A model generated the notes under the pieces. That model ran no database searches, had not been told where the DNA came from, and saw only the letters and a list, made by a program, of their open reading frames with translations. The position numbers and the translations under genes are program-made. From a virus, in IMG/VR virus record IMGVR_UViG_3300037502_002145, positions 51,872 to 115,871 of that record: a stretch of DNA of 64,000 nucleotides; one strand, written 5' to 3'. Positions 1 to 8,726 of this stretch are shown one piece after another. Numbering within the stretch: the stretch's first letter is position 1; every line of letters begins with the position of its first letter.

Positions 1-500
1 ACAACATAATCTTCAATAAACATTGTACGATTAATTTTATCTTGAATTCTTTGAGCTTCATTGTTATAAACAGTTACGTCAAGGTACTTATTTTTCAATC
101 TTTCAATTATCTTAGAATTGTTATTTACTTTTTTTATTTTGTTATTTATGATTTCTGTATATTTATTGTTTCTTTGTTGATATGTATTAGAATATTTATA
201 ATGATCACGAATTTTTATCAATAACTCTATTTTTTTTCTGTCTACGCACTTATTTCTTATATCTCTTATAGTGCGTAGTATCTGATTATCAGAAAGTCCT
301 ATTATTTCTTTAAGATCTTTTGATTCATTAAATGTATTATTAATATTGTAGTCAAATTCTTTTAATCTACCTGAATGAAATTTACGCACATATAATGGTC
401 TATTTGTCATTAGATTTACCTCCAATTCTCCTTAAATATTATTTGTTTATTTAATGCCATTATCAAACCTCCAATTTCTTTGTTAGATATATTTAAAGTT

Positions 501-767
501 TTATATTAGTTTCGTTTTAGCTTGTTCTTCTAAAACCTTAAAAATATAATTTACTTTTCCATATGAACTTGTGATAGTAGCAATTCTTTTAATTAAATAT
601 GATTTATAATCTTCATAAATGGTCAATAAAAGAGATAAATCATAATTTTGTGTTAAAATTTTTATTTTCTTACCAACGTATCCATTCAGTGCCGTATTAT
701 TATTTAATAATTCCTCTATAATACCCTTATGTAGTTGAATTCTTAATTCTTTATTTACGTTATCCAT
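501..767 (-). CDS. hypothetical protein
   Basis: 88-aa ORF with an AAGGAG RBS, directly downstream of the helicase-like gene. Confidence 0.6.
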   Translation of the reverse strand: MDNVNKELRIQLHKGIIEELLNNNTALNGYVGKKIKILTQNYDLSLLLTIYEDYKSYLIKRIATITSSYGKVNYIFKVLEEQAKTKLI

Positions 768-780
768 TAACTCTCTCCTT

Positions 781-1995
781 TTAATGTTTTATATTAGTGC
801 CGTTAGATACTTCATCAATCCATTGTATAAGTAGTTTTCTCATTCTACTACTTGGTATGTATAACCAAATTTCTTTATTTTCTCTTATTGCAGATCTCCA
901 TATAAACTGTAGCATTTCACTTACGGCATAAGCATCTTCCTCAACAGTAATACCATTCTGTGTAAAGAAATTCTTAATGCAAGGATTAAAATATTTGTTA
1001 ATCAAGTAAGCAACAGCAATTCTATCTCTATATTCATTTGTTGCTCTAACATTGGAAGATACAAAGCCTTTGGCATAACCTTTACCTGCTACCAATGGTT
1101 TAAATTTTTTGAACGTAGTCCATAAGTTTTCACTTGATTTTGTTTTTGTATAATTCTTAAAATAATTACCGGTTGCATTCTTTAGTTGTTTCATTAATTG
1201 ATTATTCTGATTCCTTAAATACCAAGTTTTTGAGAGGGATGATTCCATATCTCCTATACGATTAAGCTTTGCATTATCGCAAATATGTATTAATTTATTA
1301 TAATCAGGTACTTTGTAATCAACAACCTCAGTAGTAAACTCATAGTTGTTTATATTGTCGCCCTTAATGTACAAATATGTATACTCAACCCCGTAGTAGT
1401 CATAGTAATACTTTTGAGTTTGAGCATTGAACATGTAGGTTAATATATAAATATTTCTAAATGCTCTAAAAGTAGTAATAGGGAACAACCACAACATAGC
1501 AACATCACTATATATGGCTAAACAATGTAAATCACATAACCTTTTTTCATCTTGAAATTTACCATCGTAATCTTTAGCATGCCAATTTAATAATCCATTC
1601 TCATCAACATGAACATATTTGTCTAGCATAGTGTTTAAATCATCTTTAGATATCTCGTATGGTTCTATGACATCAGCCACCTCATCCATAATTAACGTAT
1701 AATTATTAGCATAAGCAAGATCAATTATTTCTTCATCAAACATACTAAACAGTGAATGAGTAGATACAATATTGTATCCTTTCTCAAACAGATGTTTAAT
1801 ACCATTTAATTTACTTCCATATGTCTCTGGTTGTTTAAAATTTTTATTAACACAACTAGTCATTATTCTTTTTACTTCTGTCAGATATGGGGTTATGTAT
1901 AAAAACTTTACATCATCATCTGAATTGTTAATAAAGTTTATACTACTGCTGGTCTTACCAGCTCCCATAACTGCATCAATTACATTTACATTCAT
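781..1995 (-). CDS. SF2 (DExD-type) helicase/ATPase-like phage protein, SPbeta YonV-like
   Basis: Walker A GAGKTS, Walker B LIMDEVAD, C-terminal QFIWRSAIR motif VI-like segment; GAAAGGAG RBS; YonV resemblance is from memory. Confidence 0.7.
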   Translation of the reverse strand: MNVNVIDAVMGAGKTSSSINFINNSDDDVKFLYITPYLTEVKRIMTSCVNKNFKQPETYGSKLNGIKHLFEKGYNIVSTHSLFSMFDEEIIDLAYANNYTLIMDEVADVIEPYEISKDDLNTMLDKYVHVDENGLLNWHAKDYDGKFQDEKRLCDLHCLAIYSDVAMLWLFPITTFRAFRNIYILTYMFNAQTQKYYYDYYGVEYTYLYIKGDNINNYEFTTEVVDYKVPDYNKLIHICDNAKLNRIGDMESSLSKTWYLRNQNNQLMKQLKNATGNYFKNYTKTKSSENLWTTFKKFKPLVAGKGYAKGFVSSNVRATNEYRDRIAVAYLINKYFNPCIKNFFTQNGITVEEDAYAVSEMLQFIWRSAIRENKEIWLYIPSSRMRKLLIQWIDEVSNGTNIKH

Positions 1996-2383
1996 TCAAT
2001 TCTCCTTTCATTTTTCTAGAACCTTTTTTCTCTGATTTGGTTCTAACTCATTTTTAAAGAATGTAGTGTTTAATAGGGTTGTAGCGATTCGGATTTTATG
2101 GTTAAAAACATTAAAAGTTCTAAAATTTTTTACAAACCTAGTAAAATCAATGGTTGTAGCCTATACCCTTTAAGAGAGAAGGATATAAAAGTACTAAAAT
2201 ATAAAAATAATAATTATCTCTCTGAGAAATGGCGTCTTTTTGCCATTTGGAAGAGACAGACATCGTTTGGCTTTTTCAAACGGTGGTTGCTATGTTTACA
2301 CTAGTTATCCGTCTAAGATTAATTTTATCAATTTAACACCTCCTATGTTGAATAATTTTCAGTTTTATATTAATCTCATTAAA

Positions 2384-2424
2384 CTATATCATACCAATGA
2401 TTAGGTTGTCAACAGTTTTATATT
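2384..2424 (-). promoter_or_regulatory. sigma-A promoter for leftward genes with a motif-A operator
   Basis: Minus-strand TTGACA (2412-2407), GATAGT/TATGAT -10 region, and AATATAAAAC immediately upstream of the -35, as at the plus-strand promoters. Confidence 0.55.
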
Positions 2425-2490
2425 AATTTCCTTAAATATTTTTAGTTCATTTTCTTTCTGTAGAGAAAGATATAAGCCATTGTAATTCTA

Positions 2491-2559
2491 TAGGTATATT
2501 AGTTATCCTTTTCATAGTTAAAATAGCTCTACCAAACTCACAGAAAGCCTAGGGATATT
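2491..2559. repeat. 69-bp dispersed repeat, copy A (others at 6734-6802 and 6923-6991)
   Basis: Gapless alignment TAGGTA...ATC...AAAAT..TCTAC...GAAAG..TAGGGATATT; all three copies are 69 nt. Confidence 0.7.
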
Positions 2560-2623
2560 CCTACATCATTATCTTAGGTGGTATTTCTATATAAATTGAT
2601 AATAAGTACAAGCAGTTGATATT

Positions 2624-2728
2624 TTTCATGTAAAATCATTAAATTACAGTCACATTTCATGTAAGTTTCTCATATAGTGTATTAACAAATCAAAATTATC
2701 AACAAATGTAGCATGATATTTCATGTAA
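2624..2728 (+). promoter_or_regulatory. parC-like direct repeats (3x TTTCATGTAA) overlapping a sigmaK/sigmaE-like promoter
   Basis: TTTCATGTAA at 2624, 2655 and 2719 upstream of parM; GTCAC-17nt-CATATAGT at 2649-2678. Confidence 0.5.
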
Positions 2729-2753
2729 TTACATTAATTTTCAAGGAGGCTAT

Positions 2754-3674
2754 ATGAGTAAGATTAAAGGATTGGATCATGGTTATCTCTATACTAAGGA
2801 CAATGAGAAGCGTATATTTAGGTCAGCATTTACTAAGTCAGGTTTAGCTATGGGAGCAACATCATTTATCACTATTAATGGAGTTGACCATTCTGTTGGT
2901 ACTGGTAATAGAACAATTTCATTTGATAAAACTGATTCTGATATGAATGAGGTGGGAACATTAACAATGTTAGCTATGGACGGAGACAATGATTATTATC
3001 TTGTAGTTGGATTGCCTATAAGCCAATATCAATCTCAAAAGGATAAGTTTAAGAAAATGATTATGGGATACAACGATAGAGAAGTAATATACCGTGGTAA
3101 GAAGATGGATATTAAGATTAACGATGTATATGTATTACCACAGGGAGTAGGAGCATTACTTAGTCTTGATGAGTTAAAGGGTAATATCGTTATATTTGAC
3201 TTTGGTGGTTTAACTATTGATATTGCCAGTATAGAAATTGTATATGGCAATCCAGTGTTGAAGAAATATGATACATGGACTGAGGGAATACAGAAGATTT
3301 ATTCTAGAGTGGTTAATGCAGTTAATGAGAAATATAATCTAACACTTGATGTATCAGAGGCAGAGAATATATTAGTTAATGGTTTAACTTTATATGGGGA
3401 GAAAGTGTCAACTGATTTTCTTGAGCCAGTATTAAGACAATATCTTGACCCTATACTAACCAATTTCAAAGTTAACTTTACCGATATTAATTCACAAGTT
3501 TATCTATGTGGTGGTAGTGCTATTATATTTGAGAGTTTGTTTAAAACACATTTTCCACATGCAAGGTTAATGTACAATAGTCAATTTGCTAATGCAATCG
3601 GATATCATAAGTGTGGCTTACAAAAGTACGGACATTTATGTGACATTAAACCACAGCCGATATGTAGGAGGTAA
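2754..3674 (+). CDS. parM: ParM/StbA family actin-like partition ATPase
   Basis: GLDHGYLYTK phosphate-1, VVGLP, PQG, FDFGGLTID phosphate-2, LCGGSA, FANAIG. Confidence 0.85.
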   Translation: MSKIKGLDHGYLYTKDNEKRIFRSAFTKSGLAMGATSFITINGVDHSVGTGNRTISFDKTDSDMNEVGTLTMLAMDGDNDYYLVVGLPISQYQSQKDKFKKMIMGYNDREVIYRGKKMDIKINDVYVLPQGVGALLSLDELKGNIVIFDFGGLTIDIASIEIVYGNPVLKKYDTWTEGIQKIYSRVVNAVNEKYNLTLDVSEAENILVNGLTLYGEKVSTDFLEPVLRQYLDPILTNFKVNFTDINSQVYLCGGSAIIFESLFKTHFPHARLMYNSQFANAIGYHKCGLQKYGHLCDIKPQPICRR

Positions 3675-3679
3675 TTGTT

Positions 3680-3973
3680 ATGGGTAAGAAGAAAATTAAG
3701 TCTGAAGATGATAGGCTAAAAATTGAAGTGACATTTAAGAAAACAGAATTTGAAAGAGATTTGTACTCACGTATAGATATGAGCAGTATAATGATTGGTA
3801 AAGCAGTGTGGATGAAAATAGCAGCATTAGAGAAATTGGAAAGAGATGAGAATCAATCATTTTATAGGCAATCAGATGAATATAAAAATAATCAATATAT
3901 TCAACAAGAACATAAAGATGATATTCCATTAGCAGAAGAAGGATTAAATAACTTGTTGAGTATGTTTAGCTAA
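3680..3973 (+). CDS. putative ParR-like DNA-binding adaptor
   Basis: Small ORF directly after parM; RHH-like N-terminus and acidic/hydrophobic C-terminal tail. Confidence 0.5.
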   Translation: MGKKKIKSEDDRLKIEVTFKKTEFERDLYSRIDMSSIMIGKAVWMKIAALEKLERDENQSFYRQSDEYKNNQYIQQEHKDDIPLAEEGLNNLLSMFS

Positions 3974-3985
3974 AGGAGGTCTTCA

Positions 3986-5248
3986 ATGGCAGCAAAGAAA
4001 AGTTTTAAGAAGAATATCGTTACTAACAGTATGTATTCATTACTAAGTGGAGTTGGATTACAGGCTTTAATGCCTATGTTTGTTGAGAATGGAGGTGGTA
4101 CTGAAAATCTATTGTTATATCTGTTAAAGGCATTTGGTATATTGGGTATATTCTATTATGCATGGACTTGGAGTAAATTTGATAAGCTATTTGAGAATTT
4201 AGGGCTAGGTATAGATGGTGCTTACCCTATAATGAAAAGTAAGCGTAAGACAGATTATAGCGAGATATATAAGTTTACATTACCTAGAGGATTGAGTTTG
4301 GCTGACTTTGATAAGCATAAAGATGCGATTGAACAATTCCTCGGCAGAAAGATAGATATTAAGTATACTTACAAGGAGATTTATATTGAGGTGTACAACG
4401 AGAATCAGAAGACGTTGTATGAATATGTACCTACTAAAATTAAAGGTGAAGTTCCTATTATGGTGGGATATGACCGTAAGGGTGAATTACATGGTTGTGA
4501 TTTATCAGATGGTGAACCACATATGGGTATCTATGGAGAAACTGGTAGTGGAAAAAGTACCGTGCTTAGAGCTATAATAACCAATTTAATTCTTATGTCG
4601 AATGTTATACTTCATCTAGTGGATCTTAAAAATGGTGCAGAACTTAATATTTTCCGTAAGTCTAGTAAGGTTAAAAGTTTTTGTAGGAGTATTAATGAAA
4701 CAGAAAAGTTACTCGAAGATTTAGTTTCTGAGGTTGATAGACGATATGATTTGTTTTATGAAAATGATGTTAAGGACATAAAAGAGTATAATAAAAAATT
4801 CAAAAATAAGAAAATGAATTATCAGGTGTTAGTTATAGATGAGTTTGCAGACTTAAAGCCAAAGTCCGATAGTATGAAGAGCTTAAAAGAACTAGGACGT
4901 AAAAGTAGAGCATCAGGAGTCCACATCATAATTGCGACTCAAAGACCTTCATCTACAGTGTTAGATGGAGATATTAAAGCCAACGTAACCTCTATACTTG
5001 GCTTAAAAACCATGAATGGAACAAATAGCTCAGTAGCCATGGATGAAACTGGATTAGAAAAATTAAGAGGTAAAGGTCATGGTATATTTAAGCGTGGGGG
5101 AAAAGTTGAGATTCAAGCTCCATTCTTAGATCCGGATAGAGCTAGAGATCTAATTAAGCATACGTTTATTGATAAGAAAGTTGAAAAAGAAGTCAAGAAT
5201 GGTAATGTATCAGAGGATAGTATATTAGAGGCGGTGAGTAATTTATGA
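3986..5248 (+). CDS. FtsK/SpoIIIE family DNA translocase-like ATPase
   Basis: N-terminal TM segments, PHMGIYGETGSGKS Walker A, VIDEFAD Walker B, GRKSRASGVHIIIATQRP, L..KGHG. Confidence 0.9.
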   Translation: MAAKKSFKKNIVTNSMYSLLSGVGLQALMPMFVENGGGTENLLLYLLKAFGILGIFYYAWTWSKFDKLFENLGLGIDGAYPIMKSKRKTDYSEIYKFTLPRGLSLADFDKHKDAIEQFLGRKIDIKYTYKEIYIEVYNENQKTLYEYVPTKIKGEVPIMVGYDRKGELHGCDLSDGEPHMGIYGETGSGKSTVLRAIITNLILMSNVILHLVDLKNGAELNIFRKSSKVKSFCRSINETEKLLEDLVSEVDRRYDLFYENDVKDIKEYNKKFKNKKMNYQVLVIDEFADLKPKSDSMKSLKELGRKSRASGVHIIIATQRPSSTVLDGDIKANVTSILGLKTMNGTNSSVAMDETGLEKLRGKGHGIFKRGGKVEIQAPFLDPDRARDLIKHTFIDKKVEKEVKNGNVSEDSILEAVSNL

Positions 5249-5805
5249 CAACTAGAGATAGTGCGATTGTTAATTTTCTAAGTGATTGTAAAGTGGCTAG
5301 AACATCTACAATTGCTGAGATATTCTTTCCAAGTCCACATGCGTGTTATAAACGACTACAGGTGTTGTATAAAAATAAAAAGGTTAAGAGGACGAGAGAT
5401 TTTGTATCATGTGAGTATGTATATCATTATAAAAAGAATCTACCCCAACAATTAACACATAGTTTGCTGGTTACTGACTTTTATCGTGAGCTGCATAGGA
5501 AGTGTGAGGTGTTAAGCTTTAAGATTGAGCCTGTAATGGATAATATACGACCAGATGCAGTATTTGGCTATAAGTTTCATGGTAAGCCTTATATGGGGCT
5601 ATTAGAGGTTGAAATAAGCAATAAAGGATTTAATAGTGGTAAGTATGAAAAATTTTATTCTAGTGGCGATTATAAGAAGTTTTTACCGGTTATGCCTACT
5701 ATATTTGTTGTTGGGAATAAGGAGAAGATTAAATTACCAAAGGACAGTAAAGTTAACTATAACGTAATAGACTTGGAATTTAATGAGTTTAGACTATATG
5801 TATAA
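5245..5805 (+). CDS. replication-relaxation (Replic_Relax) family protein
   Basis: wHTH N-terminus (MTTRD..I), HSLLVTDFY, IRPDA, LLEVE; overlaps the FtsK stop (ATGA coupling), a known pairing in Firmicute phages. Confidence 0.7.
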   Translation: MTTRDSAIVNFLSDCKVARTSTIAEIFFPSPHACYKRLQVLYKNKKVKRTRDFVSCEYVYHYKKNLPQQLTHSLLVTDFYRELHRKCEVLSFKIEPVMDNIRPDAVFGYKFHGKPYMGLLEVEISNKGFNSGKYEKFYSSGDYKKFLPVMPTIFVVGNKEKIKLPKDSKVNYNVIDLEFNEFRLYV

Positions 5806-5811
5806 AAGACT

Positions 5812-5851
5812 TAAAGGGTGGATGTAAAATAATCCCCCCTTTATTTTTTTT
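5812..5851 (+). terminator. rho-independent terminator
   Basis: AAAGGGTGGAT...ATCCCCCCTTT stem followed by a T-tract. Confidence 0.6.
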
Positions 5852-5897
5852 GTTTATTTGTTTTAATATTGGACATACTGTGGGTGAGGTGAAGTCT

Positions 5898-6431
5898 ATG
5901 GAAGAGTTAATAATTTTAGTATTGATATTATATTGTATGTATGCATTTGGTAATCAGTTTACTAAGATAGAATATCAAAAATTTAAGAATAATAAGCCAG
6001 TAGGAGATATTGGTGAGAAAATAGTTAAGAGTAGACTAGATAGATTATCTGATGAATTTGTTGTTTCTCATGATGTTTATTTTGGTAATGCCCAGATAGA
6101 TCATCTAGTTGTTAGCCATGAGAAGAATATTATATTTGTGATTGAGACTAAGATGTGGGGAGGTATTATTACTGGGGAATGTAATGATGCTAAGTGGGAA
6201 CAGAATAAGGGTGGTCAGATTAAGTATTTAGATAATCCTATGATGCAGAATAAATATCATTGTAGGGTGGTAAGAAAGTATTATCCGGACTATAAAGTTT
6301 ACAATGTTGTTGTCTTTGTGAGAAATACAAACGTACCAAATTACCCTAGCGTTATGAATGAGAATAATTTAGTTGATTATATTTATAGGGTATCTAAAAA
6401 GGTATCTAATAGGGTTATAATTGGGGTATAA
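5898..6431 (+). CDS. NERD domain nuclease-related protein with N-terminal membrane anchor
   Basis: G..GE, QIDHLVV, IFVIETK.W.G, NP..QN..H; start ATG 5898 after GAGGTG. Confidence 0.85.
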   Translation: MEELIILVLILYCMYAFGNQFTKIEYQKFKNNKPVGDIGEKIVKSRLDRLSDEFVVSHDVYFGNAQIDHLVVSHEKNIIFVIETKMWGGIITGECNDAKWEQNKGGQIKYLDNPMMQNKYHCRVVRKYYPDYKVYNVVVFVRNTNVPNYPSVMNENNLVDYIYRVSKKVSNRVIIGV

Positions 6432-6733
6432 ACAGATTGGTTGTCTATATCCCTACATATCTAGCTTTTATCATATTTAGGACAAACTTTATTAATCCTT
6501 TATCATCATTTTTACTGCTGCTACTACTTCCCCCTCTCTCAACCCTTTAGTCTGTGGTTTGCCTTTTCCCGTTTGCACACTCTGTTGTTTCCCAGTAGCG
6601 TACATTTATGTATTCATTCATTATAGTTATAGTATTGACATAATGACGATGAATTATACTTGTTTGTAGAATGTAATATATGGAAATTTTAAAAGTAGTT
6701 TTATATGGGCTGTTTTAAGCGTTTATTTTTGTT

Positions 6734-6991
6734 TAGGTATAGTAGATATCCTAAAATGATTTAAAATGTGTCTACGGACGTGTAGGAAAGCGTAGGGATA
6801 TTGTTATACATAAAGATTTAGTGTGGAGATTAGATATTAGATAAATGAGATTTATATGCTGGTTGATTGTGGTAATTAAAATATATTAAATATTTGAAAG
6901 GATTTAAGCTAGTTTTATATTGTAGGTAAGGTTTATATCACCCAAGTGGTAAAAATGGCTCTACGGGCTTATACGGAAGTCTAGGGATATT
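6734..6991. repeat. 69-bp dispersed repeat, copies B (6734-6802) and C (6923-6991)
   Basis: Aligns without gaps to copy A at 2491-2559. Confidence 0.7.
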
Positions 6992-7878
6992 ATAAATTAA
7001 TTATATATGTGGTGATTACAATTAAGCAGACCTTTTGGTAATATGATCTGCTTATTGTGTTGATGATAATTTGTGGGGAGTATATCAAAAATATCACTGG
7101 GATAGTTTAAAGGATTATTTGGGTTAAGTCAATGGTAATAATTTGAAAACTTCGGTGATGGTATAGTTTGAAGTTGGAGTTTTGTTAGTCGTGATAAGGG
7201 TTTGAGGGGATTTTATGGTGTGATATATTGGGTTAAGTTTGAGTGATAAAAGTTGTAAATTTGGGTGATTTGGGTATGATTCGGAGAAAAGCCAGTGTTT
7301 ATAAGGGTTTGAGAGATTTGTGGTGATTTTGGTGAAGTCGGGTAATTGAGTAGGAAAAGTGTGGAGATGGTTGATTTTACTAGGGTTGTCGGATTTTAGG
7401 GTTGTATAATTATACATAATGGGAGTGAGTTTGGTGGGTGAGTTAAAATGGCTGGAATGGTTGATTTTAGTGGGTTTTACCGAAGTGGGTATCGAATAAA
7501 AATGGGGGAAATTTGGGGGAAATTGGGATGGGAGTTGGATTTTTGAGGTAAGAGGTGAGTGGAATAGATAGGGGCTATTTGGCTATAGAAAAAGTGTCTA
7601 AAAATGTAAATATACCCGGGGTATATAGATAAATAATGTCATACATTAGTATAGTAATATATGATATTTACTAGTGTTTTAAAGGTTAATATGGTTTTAT
7701 GTAATTTTACCATATTAACTATTATGTGATATTAGTTGAATTGTGACAGTAAGTGGGATCAAGCTTAAAATGTATAGTATACTTTGCATTATTATCATTA
7801 ATCTGGTATGGTTGATATTAATAATTGACAGTGCCAGAGTTCGTTTTAGTCACTTTACTTTTTCAAGTTACTAAAAAG

Positions 7879-7974
7879 TTATCCACAATCTATCCACATT
7901 TCTATCCACAATATTCATCTCAATCACAAAAGTTATCCACATTATCCACATAGTTATCCACCGGTTTATCCACA
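7879..7974 (+). promoter_or_regulatory. cluster of 7 co-oriented DnaA boxes
   Basis: TTATCCACA at 7879, 7933, 7942, 7966; CTATCCACA at 7890, 7902; TTATCCACC at 7954. Confidence 0.85.
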
Positions 7975-8270
7975 ATACATTATGAATAACTATTCACTAT
8001 AAAGCATAATATTACATCTATGTATATCCTACTAATTTACTCAGATATAAACTTTACTGACTACTTACCACAATTCAGTCACTATAATATTCATATCAAT
8101 TTACTATGCATACTATATATTAATAATCTATTTAGACAACTATCGAATTAGTTTATCGCTCTAACCATAATCCTAACTGGAAATAAAATATATCAATATT
8201 AATCCAATACTATTATACCACACCAAGTCAACCGGTTACACCAAACTTGATCCAAAATCCATTCTATCAC

Positions 8271-8328
8271 CTACAATATATAGTACCCAATCCCAAGTAA
8301 TCCCACTCATAACCACTATATATAGCAT
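8271..8328. promoter_or_regulatory. pair of NrdR-box-like palindromes (42-bp spacing)
   Basis: CTACAATATATAGTAC (8271) and CCACTATATATAGCAT (8313) fit the NrdR consensus acaCwAtATaTwGtgt. Confidence 0.55.
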
Positions 8329-8394
8329 AGCAAACTGCACAAATAATAACTATATATACCCAATATATTTGGTAATAATTACACCAATAAAACT

Positions 8395-8435
8395 AATATA
8401 AAACTATAGACAAATAAGTTGAACTATGATATAAT
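8395..8435 (+). promoter_or_regulatory. early sigma-A promoter with a motif-A operator
   Basis: AATATAAAAC, then TAGACA-17-TATAAT with an extended TG. Confidence 0.65.
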
Positions 8436-8726
8436 AAAGATAGTTAAAGAAGAGATACACAAGTAACCAACAAACCCAATAAGTCGCAAGTCGCACACAC
8501 TGTACAATGATAATTGAATATAGGTTTTAAATTAACAACAGTAATATAACACAATGTAATTATATCATACTAGCAACTTATAACTGAAATAATCTTGATA
8601 CCTGAATCAGAGTAGGATATACACGAAAAGATGGAGGATAAAACAACAGCAAAAATAAATTGTTATGACTTGTTAGTATTAATAAATACATTGTAACAAA
8701 CAAAAAATATAATGGAGGTATTCACT

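Noticed and set aside
498-2424. The reverse complement of motif A (GTTTTATATTAA) matches the start of clostridial type I-B CRISPR repeats; considered solitary-repeat RNA anti-CRISPRs
   Set aside because: Only ~12 nt match, no repeat 3' half, transcribed in the anti-repeat sense, and the position next to -35 boxes fits a DNA operator better
7124-7417. 97-aa minus-strand ORF in the skewed region
   Set aside because: Low-complexity product caused by the G/T skew; no RBS or domain
7611-7627. Near-palindrome as a protelomerase telRL site
   Set aside because: Too short and imperfect at the centre; no protelomerase in the window
7879-7974. TATCCACA repeats as a CRISPR array or Rep iterons
   Set aside because: 9-mers with irregular short spacing that match the DnaA-box consensus
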